Positions 24,334 through 33,648 of a stretch of 38,934 nt of DNA are shown piece by piece. A program made the position numbers and the translations under genes. The notes below the pieces were generated by a model. It ran no database searches, was not told the DNA's origin, and saw only the letters and a list, made by a program, of their open reading frames with translations. Source of the stretch: a virus (Duplodnaviria > Caudoviricetes). Location: the IMG/VR virus record IMGVR_UViG_3300007520_000038, positions 1 to 38,934 of that record. One strand, given 5' to 3'. The first letter of the stretch is position 1; every line of letters starts with the position of its first letter.

Positions 24334-25434
24334 TTAAAGTTTAAGGCCGGCTAAAAAGTCAGCTGTGATATCTTGTTTTACTGCACCAACCTCATAGGAA
24401 GTTATCTGCACTTCTTGTGGAGCTGGTTGAACATCATTACCAGATATCCAACGTTGCGTCCACGGTAGGGGGTTTACGTTCGTTACATCGTAGAGCTTAG
24501 GGTATCCTGCCCCGTTGAGTACTTTATTTGTTCTCCACTTGACAAAGCTACTCAAAAGCCCTTCATTTAACCCGAGCATTGATCCACTCGCAAAGAGTGT
24601 AGTTGCCCAGGATATTTCTTGTTCAGCTGCTGCCTCTATAATAGACATGGAATTATCTTCATCCATCTTACGAATCAGCGCAAAATCTTTATCGTCTTTC
24701 GGTAGTGCCTTTAATAGGTGTTGAGTAACACCAAGATGTAGATTCTCATCACGACAAATTAGCTTGATAAGTGTTGCGTTTCCCTCCATACGATTTGTTT
24801 CAGCGAACGCCCACGAACACGCGAATGAAACATAGAACCGAATACCTTCAAGTGCAGTAACTGCAACCAACGCTCTCCAGAAGGATCGCTTGTGTTCAAA
24901 TTCATCATAGTCGGGAAATAGTCCGTTTTGGAACATCATACGCTTCGCGTTCCAAAGGATCAAGTCGTCATAGTGCTTGACAATATCCATAGCACAATCA
25001 ACCACAGGCTGAATTTCAGTAATAGCATCAAAAATTGGAGTAGCGTCTGAATAGACGCCTTCAATGATATACTGGTATGTTTTATTATGTATTTGTTCGT
25101 AGAACGGCCAAGTGCAAATCCAATTTTCCATCTCTGGAGTCGAACAGAGCGGTCCGAATAGTTGTGAAGGCGCTCGCTCTTGAATAGAATCGAGAATGGT
25201 TTGTCTACTTAGGTTATATGTAAAGATTAGCTGCTCTGGTTTTGTTAGTCTTTTCTTGAAGTCTGCCCGATCAGGGTATATTTCAATCTCGGACGGTCGC
25301 CAAAACTTTCCAATCTGTTCTTCGTTAACACCGGAAATAAAAGGATACTTGTCGATATCATATCGAACAATATCAACTGTGTCCCCAAAGAATAGCTTCC
25401 GTACTTTATCACCTTTAACTTCGAATACTGACAT
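24334..25434 (-). CDS. nrdB: class Ia ribonucleotide reductase beta subunit
   Basis: FWRPSEI, QTILDSIQ, EQIHNKTY, LEGIRFYVSFACSWAFAE, RDENLH, APQEVQITSY; TAATG start at 25434. Confidence 0.95.
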   Translation of the reverse strand: MSVFEVKGDKVRKLFFGDTVDIVRYDIDKYPFISGVNEEQIGKFWRPSEIEIYPDRADFKKRLTKPEQLIFTYNLSRQTILDSIQERAPSQLFGPLCSTPEMENWICTWPFYEQIHNKTYQYIIEGVYSDATPIFDAITEIQPVVDCAMDIVKHYDDLILWNAKRMMFQNGLFPDYDEFEHKRSFWRALVAVTALEGIRFYVSFACSWAFAETNRMEGNATLIKLICRDENLHLGVTQHLLKALPKDDKDFALIRKMDEDNSMSIIEAAAEQEISWATTLFASGSMLGLNEGLLSSFVKWRTNKVLNGAGYPKLYDVTNVNPLPWTQRWISGNDVQPAPQEVQITSYEVGAVKQDITADFLAGLKL

Positions 25435-26507
25435 TATACTGAACAACAATCCTTTTCTGCGTCTTCTAAAATGAAAATAGCTTCGTTATCTTTTTCACCT
25501 GAGTTATCATTAGTGTTGAGATAATACAGCGACTTACCTCCCCACCGATAGTGATTAACAACATCTTTAACCATAACCGACATCGGTAGTTTACCATCAG
25601 GGTAAAATGCTGGGTTGTATGACGTATTAACACTCATCCCAGAATCCATCCACTTTTGAATAACAGCGGCAATTTTTAGATATCCTTCAGGTGATTTTTG
25701 ATCCCAAAGTAGATCGTACGCATTCTTGAGTTTACGCGACTCGGGAACAACCTGAGTAAGAATGCCATCTTTACTCTTCTTGGAAGAGATAATACCGCGA
25801 GCAGGTTCAAAACCATTTGTGCTGTTGCTTGTCTGAGATGAAGACTCAGTTGGCATCTGACACATATTCGGGTTATTTCGAACTCCAGATATTTTAGCAC
25901 GTTCTCTGTTTTTATTCCAGTCTAAACGCTCAACAAAAGGAGTTAACTCATCTACGGCTTTCTTGCGAACGTCTTGCGGCATCATACCTTGCTTATATAG
26001 AGTATCCTCTACGCGACGGCAGGGCCCCCACTTCTCTGCACGTTCGATTGAGCCTTCAATCGCACCGTACGCGTGAGCTTCCATCCACTGATCAACAGTA
26101 TCAAGACATTCTGGAGTTGCGTCTTGATACTTGAATCCTTGCTTTGCCATCCAGTATGCGAAGTTTGTAATACCGACACCAATTGAGCGGAAATCGATAG
26201 TACCTTCGCGTGCTGCTTCAATAATATAATCTTGATATGAAATAAGCTCATCAAGGGCGTAACCAGCAAGCTTGACGTATTTGATAAGATCTTCTTTTGT
26301 CTTAATAATACCATAGTTAACTGCAGATAATGTACAGAGAGAAATACGCGCATCTGTATCATCGAGAGACTTCATTGGTACAGTATTCTGCATAACTTCC
26401 GTGCAGTTATGCACTAAGATCTCATTAGCAAAAAAGTTTTCATTATCTTCAACAGTAATATCATACACTGCTGCTTTTCGTGTTATTTTTTTAATTTTTA
26501 ATGTCAA
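25434..26507 (-). CDS. nrdA: ribonucleotide reductase alpha subunit, C-terminal part, preceded by the C-half of a split intein
   Basis: HN|CTEV, LCTLSAVN, MPTESSSQTSNSTNGFEP, KSLYYLNT, C-terminal cysteines; TTG start. Confidence 0.93.
   Translation of the reverse strand: MTLKIKKITRKAAVYDITVEDNENFFANEILVHNCTEVMQNTVPMKSLDDTDARISLCTLSAVNYGIIKTKEDLIKYVKLAGYALDELISYQDYIIEAAREGTIDFRSIGVGITNFAYWMAKQGFKYQDATPECLDTVDQWMEAHAYGAIEGSIERAEKWGPCRRVEDTLYKQGMMPQDVRKKAVDELTPFVERLDWNKNRERAKISGVRNNPNMCQMPTESSSQTSNSTNGFEPARGIISSKKSKDGILTQVVPESRKLKNAYDLLWDQKSPEGYLKIAAVIQKWMDSGMSVNTSYNPAFYPDGKLPMSVMVKDVVNHYRWGGKSLYYLNTNDNSGEKDNEAIFILEDAEKDCCSV
26406..26507 (-). mobile_element. split intein C-half (34 aa)
   Basis: KIKKI...VYDITVEDNENFFANEILVHN followed by Cys+1. 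Confidence 0.92.
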
Positions 26508-27381
26508 TAGATTTTACCTTTATTTTTGTATTCTTTTTATGTTTGAAAATTGTTATGTCGTACCCTGTAAAGCTATCACAAAACGCATATGCTATTTTCG
26601 GAAGATTACCAGTATTAATATACTCACTAAATCTAAAGGCGCTCCCGAAGTGTGGATAGTTATGCTCACTAACTATATCCCGCTGGAATTGTCTTATTGA
26701 TATAAACTCACCATTATCAATATATTGCTTTAACAAATCTAAAATTTGTTGATCAGTTATACTACTATAGTTGTTGTTTAATATACCAGTACTGCATATT
26801 GATCTGTTTTTACGTTCAGCTTCAGAATAAACTCTACCTGTTAAATGGTGTATCCATTGCCCGGATAAAACATTAGGATGTGTATTTGACACCGATCCTA
26901 CTATGCAACGAGTATCGATATCCCGTACAACTATTTTGCCAGTTCTTGCTTCAGAAATCTTCTTTCTGCCTTCAGCAGTTTGCCATCCGTGTTTTTTTCT
27001 AAATTCTGCAGAATTTGTTTTTATCCAAGCATATCCAACCTTTATACTTTTAGTTATTCTTAGATGTGATATATCACCCCGGCACTGCTTGTTCCCCTTT
27101 ACCCCGTTTAGCATAAAGCGTACTGCTAATACATCTTGTCTACAATTATATGCTTTATATCTAAGTTTATGTGCAAAAAGATGTTCTTCTGGTAATAGAA
27201 CTACGAGATTGTGCATATCATTAGTTCCACCTATTGATCGAGGTACAATGTGATGTATCTCGGTATATATATTTTGCTTTGATATTCTGAAATCAGTTTT
27301 ATTACGCGAAACTAATCTTGAACGTACAGTAGTCGTCTGACAGTAGTGTATAAACCTTCGGTATAGTTGATCGTAATTCAT
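26491..27381 (-). CDS. free-standing HNH homing endonuclease (MobE-like) between the nrdA halves
   Basis: MNY-x-x-LY, YTEIHHIVPRSIGG-x-x-x-x-x-NLV-x-L-x-x-EEH-x-x-AH. Confidence 0.9.
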   Translation of the reverse strand: MNYDQLYRRFIHYCQTTTVRSRLVSRNKTDFRISKQNIYTEIHHIVPRSIGGTNDMHNLVVLLPEEHLFAHKLRYKAYNCRQDVLAVRFMLNGVKGNKQCRGDISHLRITKSIKVGYAWIKTNSAEFRKKHGWQTAEGRKKISEARTGKIVVRDIDTRCIVGSVSNTHPNVLSGQWIHHLTGRVYSEAERKNRSICSTGILNNNYSSITDQQILDLLKQYIDNGEFISIRQFQRDIVSEHNYPHFGSAFRFSEYINTGNLPKIAYAFCDSFTGYDITIFKHKKNTKIKVKSIDIKN

Positions 27382-27383
27382 TT

Positions 27384-27432
27384 AAACTCCAGAACTTCTA
27401 AACATATAACTATATTTATAGTTCTGGAGTTT
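27384..27432 (-). promoter_or_regulatory. 13-bp inverted repeat occluding the HNH SD, with late promoter TATAAATA inside
   Basis: AAACTCCAGAACT (27384-27396) / AGTTCTGGAGTTT (27420-27432); promoter at 27413-27420. Confidence 0.85.
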
Positions 27433-27436
27433 TATG

Positions 27437-29074
27437 CTATGTAATTACTAATTGATCCTGTGTATCTAAATACTGCGCTTCAACATACCCGCGATTTTTT
27501 GTAAAGATTTTATGTTCAGGTGTGCAATATATTTTTTTGCCCGTCTCTTCATCTTCTATTTCAAAGAGTTCCGCCTCCGGGTCTGTTAATGACGCAGCTA
27601 AAATCGATTTATACTCTGAACCCTGCTCTTTAATATTATAAGACAATACCTCAACCGAGTTTCCAGCTTGAATGAGCGTAACAACATCTTCCAGCGACAT
27701 ATCAAGCAGCTCTTCACGATATCTAATCTGTAAAATAGTATCACCCACGAGACATAGATTTGTCATTCGAACAGGAGCTCGTTCAGACACATACATACTT
27801 TGGTTGTTTGCATTGTCCACATTCATAATATAAATGCGACCTGTATCTTTACGCTCTTGCAATAGGAGGTTGAAGAACTCCGATGCCTTTACTCGATCTT
27901 TATTGACCTTCGTGGACCGTTCGTATTTCTCATATAGCTCTTTAAACTTCTCGTCGCTCTCGTAAAATGCATCGATAAGCCCTGGGGTCTCTCTATGTGA
28001 AGGAGACATAAGAGTAATAGATTCGCCATTTAACAGCCGCTCATAAAACATACGATTAACTTGAACGACGTAGTCAACACCACGAGCACTTGAATCGTCA
28101 GCGCCCTTGTTATTCTTTAGCGTGAGCATATCCATAATCTCACGAGACCATCCGAGGATATTAACTGTCGCGGCGCCTGACCGCATCCCGCCTTGAGACG
28201 CAGATTTAGTTGCACCTTGTAGGAATCGGATATAGGGTGTCTTACCCGTATGATATGCGTATCCGTCATTTACGTCGTCGCCAAGATCGCGGATGGATGT
28301 AGTGGATACCCCAATACCAGCCCGCTTGGAAATATATTTTACAATAGCGGTTGCACCAGCAGTAATACCGTCGAGCCCGTCAGCAATGTCAATCAATACG
28401 CAAGAGCTAAATTGCTTCGTACGAGTGCGAACGCCAGCAATGAGTGGAGATGCTAACGAAATATAGAATTTGGATGTCGCGTCGTAGTATTCCTTAATCC
28501 AATTCATACGATCAGGGAAACGCTCTGTGTTGTGGAAGATGGTTGCGGCAATCAGAATAAACGCAACCTGAGGAGTTTCAAGGAACTCACCCGTATGTCT
28601 ATTCTTTACAAGATATTTACCACGGAATTGCTCCATACCTGCATAAACAATAGTATCGTCACGTTGGTGATCAACAATGCTGTCGAGGTATTCAAATTCT
28701 TCTTCAGTATACCAGTCGAGTAGTTCAGAGGTATAAAGCTTACGATCAACGTTTTCTTTGACAATATCATACAGCTTCTTCGGTTGATACTGTCCGTATA
28801 CTTCCTTACGCAACTGATAGTTAACAAGGCGACCTGCTACGTATTGATAGTTTGGAGCCTCTCCAGTAATAAGTTCAGCGGCTGCCTTTACAAGTGTTTC
28901 TTGAATATCGGAAGTTTTCATACCGTTAAAGAATTGCAGCTGAGACTTTAATTCAAGTTCGGAAACAGATACTCCGGCAAGTCCTTCACAGGCAGCTTCA
29001 ACTACTTTGTGAATCTTCGAAAGGTTTAAATCCTCCTTTTCGCCGTTTCTTTTAACTACTTGTATATCAATCAT
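27437..29074 (-). CDS. nrdA: ribonucleotide reductase alpha subunit, N-terminal part, ending in the N-half of a split intein
   Basis: ATP cone VVKRNG, ETPQ, QFSSCVLI, SQGGMRSGAAT, TGRIYIMNVD, RMTNL|CLVGDT. Confidence 0.95.
   Translation of the reverse strand: MIDIQVVKRNGEKEDLNLSKIHKVVEAACEGLAGVSVSELELKSQLQFFNGMKTSDIQETLVKAAAELITGEAPNYQYVAGRLVNYQLRKEVYGQYQPKKLYDIVKENVDRKLYTSELLDWYTEEEFEYLDSIVDHQRDDTIVYAGMEQFRGKYLVKNRHTGEFLETPQVAFILIAATIFHNTERFPDRMNWIKEYYDATSKFYISLASPLIAGVRTRTKQFSSCVLIDIADGLDGITAGATAIVKYISKRAGIGVSTTSIRDLGDDVNDGYAYHTGKTPYIRFLQGATKSASQGGMRSGAATVNILGWSREIMDMLTLKNNKGADDSSARGVDYVVQVNRMFYERLLNGESITLMSPSHRETPGLIDAFYESDEKFKELYEKYERSTKVNKDRVKASEFFNLLLQERKDTGRIYIMNVDNANNQSMYVSERAPVRMTNLCLVGDTILQIRYREELLDMSLEDVVTLIQAGNSVEVLSYNIKEQGSEYKSILAASLTDPEAELFEIEDEETGKKIYCTPEHKIFTKNRGYVEAQYLDTQDQLVIT
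27440..27754 (-). mobile_element. split intein N-half (105 aa)
   Basis: CLVGDT block A; CTPEHKIFTKNRGYVEA block B; stop codon soon after. Confidence 0.92.
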
Positions 29075-29227
29075 TTAGCGTATATTTCCTATCTCAAAAA
29101 TGTATTCGTCTGCGTGATTGCTCAAGCATAGTGTTTAAAGTTTGTTATTGTGGCTCTCATGGTGTAGAGGCCGATACAGCATATTTATTGTATATTATAG
29201 GAGTTTAATTGCGGAAATCAAACTCTT

Positions 29228-29497
29228 TTATCGTGTTTTGATGTTTCTTATATCACCATGAATAGAAAGCATCAGCGAAGCGTTCTTCGCTTTTTCTAAA
29301 GATGTTACTGTGATTGGGTCGAAATGCCTAGGGGCATGATCTGGTCCGTGTATAGTCCACACAGACTGGAAGGTTGATTGCCCGGCACCCATTACAGGTC
29401 GCAATCTATGTTCGATATTTGCAATATGTTCACCCGCTACGTGGACTCTTTGCATATGTATACTATCAGGATGTCGTGAAAGTACTACTTCGTTCAT
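29228..29497 (-). CDS. hypothetical protein
   Basis: GAAGGA SD; downstream of an early promoter. Confidence 0.65.
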   Translation of the reverse strand: MNEVVLSRHPDSIHMQRVHVAGEHIANIEHRLRPVMGAGQSTFQSVWTIHGPDHAPRHFDPITVTSLEKAKNASLMLSIHGDIRNIKTR

Positions 29498-29523
29498 ATG
29501 TTATATCCTTCAACCGACACGGT

Positions 29524-29552
29524 AGTATAGTAGTGTATTACGCACAATGCAA
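29524..29552 (-). promoter_or_regulatory. early promoter TTGCAT-N17-TATACT
   Basis: 17-bp spacer; intergenic. Confidence 0.7.
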
Positions 29553-29580
29553 GTATATTACGCACAATGCAAGTATATTA
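29536..29580. repeat. perfect 20-bp tandem duplication (CGCACAATGCAAGTATATTA x2, with a preceding TATTA)
   Basis: Directly visible at 29541-29560 and 29561-29580. Confidence 0.95.
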
Positions 29581-30519
29581 TGTTTTCCATGGAGTATCTA
29601 TACTCCTAATATTAGCGTGAGGGTCTGCCTCAGTGCTAGACCAGGAGTGTGTCGGTAGGTCGTGTGTAAGATTTCTAAACCGAGTTATTCCATCGTGAAA
29701 TTTTTCCGGCCCTAGTGCGCTATGTTCCAGCGCCGCTCCGATAGCAGCATGTAGGTCTGTATCTCCAGGATAATGCTGCTTGGCGGATGACATCGCGCTG
29801 CTAAGGCTGCTTCTGATACTATATGCTTTTCTAGATGCGGCTGTATTTTGTAGATATCTTTCCTTCACATCAACAGCTGCATTCCACCGATCAGCTTGCC
29901 CAGTTTCGCCTGGAAATTCTTTTGCCATACGATGCGCGTTCGTGACATGATCGAGTGCGTGTTGTTGAGTTTCAAAAGTTCTGTCGCCAGTATCATGACC
30001 GGGAAACTTATGGTCAGCGTCTGTCGTATCATTTGTATAGCGAGTTAATTCGCCTGTTTGGTGATGAGTTTGCACATACATCCCAGAATCGTCAGGTGAT
30101 GCGTAGTGCTTTCCAAGTTCAGATGCAGTTAGTGGTTTCCACGATCCAGAGTTGAAGTGTCCGTCAAGCGTCGGCTTTACTACATAGTGATTACCGCCAC
30201 GACGAAAGGAGTTTGCTTTTCCGGTACGTTTACCCATTACGCCTATATGTTCACCATCAATCGAAATGTTGTGATATCCAGAAAGATCGTAATCTTTAAA
30301 TTTCTCATCTTTGATACGAGTAAGCTTTGCCCCGAGAGCTGTAGCTATCGCCATCTCTGTAATAAGAGTTTCCGTTATTTGAGATAACTCAGATTCTGGT
30401 GCAGTTGTTGTAGGTTCTTCTGGAGAAGAACTATCTTCTGGAGTACCCATTTCAGTAGCATCAATTTGTTCAGCTGTCATTAGATTCTGCATATCTTGTA
30501 CGAAATTTCTAAAGCTCAT
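29578..30519 (-). CDS. late protein, probable internal head protein with acidic propeptide
   Basis: MSFRNF start after GGAG; acidic S/P/T/E leader ending QITE-TLITE-MA; tandem late promoters upstream. Confidence 0.75.
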   Translation of the reverse strand: MSFRNFVQDMQNLMTAEQIDATEMGTPEDSSSPEEPTTTAPESELSQITETLITEMAIATALGAKLTRIKDEKFKDYDLSGYHNISIDGEHIGVMGKRTGKANSFRRGGNHYVVKPTLDGHFNSGSWKPLTASELGKHYASPDDSGMYVQTHHQTGELTRYTNDTTDADHKFPGHDTGDRTFETQQHALDHVTNAHRMAKEFPGETGQADRWNAAVDVKERYLQNTAASRKAYSIRSSLSSAMSSAKQHYPGDTDLHAAIGAALEHSALGPEKFHDGITRFRNLTHDLPTHSWSSTEADPHANIRSIDTPWKT

Positions 30520-30535
30520 TTTATTCTCCACGGAC

Positions 30536-30553
30536 TATTTATATCTATTTATA
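30536..30553 (-). promoter_or_regulatory. two tandem perfect T4 late promoters TATAAATA
   Basis: TATTTATA on the + strand at 30536-30543 and 30546-30553. Confidence 0.8.
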
Positions 30554-30574
30554 GAAACCGTGTATACAACATTG

Positions 30575-31522
30575 CTAAGTTGCCATTGGCATATATAATT
30601 TTGAACCTGATTGATAGTTGTTTAGTGCAAAGCTAGACATTGTAAAATCGTCAATATGCACTATAGCTGGATCAATAACAAGTGAAGGTGGGGTAAAAAC
30701 TTCACTTTCACTTTCTCGGCGAATTATTTCGAGACATTCATCTATGTGATTGTTGTATATATGTGCGTCTCCTATACAAAACTTGAGCTGCCCTGGTGTT
30801 AATTTAGTAACTTGAGCTACCATTAGTAGTAATAGAGCATATGAAGCAAGGTTAAAGGGGTGACCTAGACCTGCATCATTACTTCTGATTTGTACTAGAA
30901 GGTTTAATTCAGGTATAGTATATTGATGCTTCAACGTAGTTACAAACTGAAATGAGTAATGGCATGGCGGTAGCGCTACCTCTGATGAGCTTTGCTCTGA
31001 CGGATTCCATGCAAGTATAAGATGGCGGCGACTATGTGGATCAGCTTTCAACCCTTCAATTACACGATCAAGTTGATCAATAGCCGATACATTTACTGAT
31101 CGTTGTAGTACGTATCCGTCTGCGGTCTTGTGATCATGCACCTGATATTTCGGCCAAGCTCGCCACATCTTACCGTAAACATTACCGAGGTCTTCGTCGC
31201 CCCAGTAAGACGCGAGCGCATTTTCAGTCCAGATCGTCGTTTTTGCCTCTAACTCTTCTCGCGGCTTTCCGAAGGTTATTTCAGCGAGACGTCTCTCAGA
31301 AGATGACCCTTCGATAAACCATAGTAGTTCCCCGAGAACAGATTTGAATGGTGTTTGTTTCACTGTCAACAGTGGGAATTCTTCCGCTGAAATCATCCCA
31401 TAATCTGTAACTTCTCCAAACGAGCTAGTAGTTCCTACGTTCGTTCGATCCGGTTTCTTATATCCATTCAGGAAAATATTCTTTATAAACTGAGCGTATA
31501 CATAATCATATTTGTTAATCAC
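30575..31522 (-). CDS. td: thymidylate synthase (ThyA type)
   Basis: DRTNVGT, FPLLT, ELLWF, SRRH, LPPCH, RSNDAGLGHPFN, GDAHIY. Confidence 0.95.
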   Translation of the reverse strand: MINKYDYVYAQFIKNIFLNGYKKPDRTNVGTTSSFGEVTDYGMISAEEFPLLTVKQTPFKSVLGELLWFIEGSSSERRLAEITFGKPREELEAKTTIWTENALASYWGDEDLGNVYGKMWRAWPKYQVHDHKTADGYVLQRSVNVSAIDQLDRVIEGLKADPHSRRHLILAWNPSEQSSSEVALPPCHYSFQFVTTLKHQYTIPELNLLVQIRSNDAGLGHPFNLASYALLLLMVAQVTKLTPGQLKFCIGDAHIYNNHIDECLEIIRRESESEVFTPPSLVIDPAIVHIDDFTMSSFALNNYQSGSKLYMPMAT

Positions 31523-32553
31523 TTATCTTTTCTCCATCTTGTGAGGTGTGTCTTTGCTATCAAGCCGTCGAACGTGTTAGAGTCGATTACATCCTTTACA
31601 TATTGTGGTGTAAGGCCTTGTAAAATAAACTCGTTTACATCTTTCCCATACTTTGACATACGAGCAGGCCAAATACAGACATTATATCCAGCATCAATTG
31701 CTTTTTCAATTTTTTGAATTATTTGGACGTTGCGTGGTTCATTATCGTATACGAAGCAAGTCTTAGCCAAGTTGATGTTACCGAAAGAAACTAAATCTGC
31801 AGGCGTTACATCCGACCCAGTCATCGCCAACGCGTTTTCTATAAACAACGAATCGATCGGTCCTTCGAGGACATAGGTTTTACTATTCGGATTAACGGAG
31901 TCGAGACCAAATATCTTAGGGATGTTTTCATCAAACCTAATTGTTATATACCGCAATGTTGATTTTGGATTTATACTTCTACCTTGACATCCGGTTATAT
32001 TCCCGTCTCGGTCTGTCATAAACAAGATAATCCGCGGGTCGAATTTAGCCTTGCTGATTATTTTATCGGGGATTATAGTATTAATCCACTCCGTGAAGTT
32101 CGCTGAAAAATATATCTTATAATGTAGATTACTTGGTATCTTTCGTTCTACGATATACTTCTTCGCAGGATGGTTAACTGGAAGTGCCGATATTTTTTGT
32201 ATTGTTTTGAGATTCGGAGTATACTTGTATTTTGGCTCCTCTACAGGAGCGACATAATCATGCTGTTGAAACTGCTCCATGCTATAGTCGCGAAACATAA
32301 CAGAATCAAAGTCTTTAAGAAATACGAAGAACTTGTGTGAGTAGGAGCAGTTATGACAGAACACATTATACGAACCTTCTTTTTGAAAGAAGTAAAACCG
32401 AGTTTTTGTTTTATCTGTTTTTGAATCGCCACATATCGGACATCTACAAATGTAGACGCCCCGACCTTTATGCTTGAAGCGACCGAGACGACTAGAAAGA
32501 AGTGATATGTATTTTTGATCAAGTATTGCGGTGTTGTTCATATTATAACTCAA
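31519..32553 (-). CDS. 61: DNA primase (gp61)
   Basis: RCPICGDS...CHNC zinc finger, QGRS, LRYITI, VLEGPIDSLF, YDNEPRN, KDVNE. Confidence 0.95.
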   Translation of the reverse strand: MSYNMNNTAILDQKYISLLSSRLGRFKHKGRGVYICRCPICGDSKTDKTKTRFYFFQKEGSYNVFCHNCSYSHKFFVFLKDFDSVMFRDYSMEQFQQHDYVAPVEEPKYKYTPNLKTIQKISALPVNHPAKKYIVERKIPSNLHYKIYFSANFTEWINTIIPDKIISKAKFDPRIILFMTDRDGNITGCQGRSINPKSTLRYITIRFDENIPKIFGLDSVNPNSKTYVLEGPIDSLFIENALAMTGSDVTPADLVSFGNINLAKTCFVYDNEPRNVQIIQKIEKAIDAGYNVCIWPARMSKYGKDVNEFILQGLTPQYVKDVIDSNTFDGLIAKTHLTRWRKDK

Positions 32554-32596
32554 AACTATTTCACATATTATATGATACTCTCCGCATGAAAGCTAG

Positions 32597-32923
32597 CTAT
32601 ACGAGAGCTTTAACCCAAACTGATAGAGCTATTGTAACGATTGTCCAGAATCCACCGCCTATTATTAACATCAGTCTACGAATCGTTTTTTCTGTAGAGC
32701 GTTCAGATGTAATGTCGGATAGAGATTTACTATGGGAAATGAGTTGCGTTTCAACGGCAAGAAGGTCTACTAACCTACTCTCTATCAAGAGAATACGGTT
32801 TCCGTCGAGGGATTGTCTTAGGTGTAGCTCAGCTGTCCGTTCGTCTAGGCGCTTGAGCGTATCAACAACCAGGCGGCGGTATACTGTCCAATCGTCAAGT
32901 TCAGAGCTTTGAGTTGTCGACAT
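32597..32923 (-). CDS. coiled-coil protein with a single C-terminal transmembrane helix
   Basis: RR-LMLIIGGGFWTIVTIALSVWV-K. Confidence 0.65.
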   Translation of the reverse strand: MSTTQSSELDDWTVYRRLVVDTLKRLDERTAELHLRQSLDGNRILLIESRLVDLLAVETQLISHSKSLSDITSERSTEKTIRRLMLIIGGGFWTIVTIALSVWVKALV

Positions 32924-33049
32924 CGCAATTTTCCTGTGCAGTTGAATGGTTTGGAGACCAGCATGTCGAAAGATAAAGCGCCCTTTCCCTCTTACTAAGA
33001 ATCATTGGCTCAAGGTTATAATTGAGTCGACGTGAGAGCTCTTCAATCT

Positions 33050-33057
33050 TATTTATA
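33050..33057 (-). promoter_or_regulatory. late promoter TATAAATA
   Basis: Perfect consensus upstream of the membrane-protein gene. Confidence 0.55.
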
Positions 33058-33099
33058 GTTTTTTTGAGTGAGTGATAGCATGACATATGATATATATCA

Positions 33100-33648
33100 C
33101 TATATTTTTTTAGGCTCAGAGTTTATTTTTCGGCGTCGAATCGCGGACAACACTATGTCAGCTACATTAGACCTGTCGGAACGAACACCTGGCTCTCCAG
33201 CAGGTCCGACTCCGGCCCCGGCAATAGCGCCTCCCCCGACACCATTCATTTCTTCTGTTAAATGCTTATGGAAAAATTGATCTTCAGAGAAGTGTCCATA
33301 TCCTTCACTATCATTCTTTTTAATATGGTATTTTTTATCACCGGTTCCCCCCTGAGAAAGAGAAACAAATCCATGCTTTCCTTTATGTTCACCGGAGGAT
33401 ATAATGACCTCGTCACCTGTAGATACAGAGCGCTTCTCTTCAGTAATATTTGATGTTCTTGACGCTACATGGTCCTTTATTAGCGCATTTACCGAAGTAC
33501 TTGTTTTATTACCCATAGGTGTAGTAATTTGATATTTACCATCCTCTGCAGTTGTCACACGTAATGATCTAGATTTGTCATTAAAATGCACCATCTTAGT
33601 TTTGTCGTCTAAATCGTCTATACGCGATACTAAATGAGTGTGAGACAT
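33100..33648 (-). CDS. late protein with a KOW-like segment and Gly-rich tail
   Basis: GDEVIISSGEHKGKHGFV; NITE-E and HLTE-EMNGVGGGAIAG...GEPGV. Confidence 0.7.
   Translation of the reverse strand: MSHTHLVSRIDDLDDKTKMVHFNDKSRSLRVTTAEDGKYQITTPMGNKTSTSVNALIKDHVASRTSNITEEKRSVSTGDEVIISSGEHKGKHGFVSLSQGGTGDKKYHIKKNDSEGYGHFSEDQFFHKHLTEEMNGVGGGAIAGAGVGPAGEPGVRSDRSNVADIVLSAIRRRKINSEPKKI

Noticed and set aside
26491-27436. Group I intron interrupting nrdA
   Set aside because: The flanks carry complete intein N and C motifs, and the non-coding gap is only about 55 nt, too small for a ribozyme core.
29536-29580. CRISPR or mini-array interpretation of the 20-bp repeat
   Set aside because: Two adjacent copies with no spacers and no cas genes.
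30575-31522. dCMP hydroxymethylase or DNA hypermodification pairing with the glycosyltransferase
   Set aside because: The enzyme keeps the dUMP-specifying Asn (PFN) and canonical ThyA motifs; nothing in the window shows base modification.
32901-33086. 61-aa ORF upstream of the membrane-protein gene
   Set aside because: No clear SD or motif and it contains a late promoter; coding status cannot be supported.
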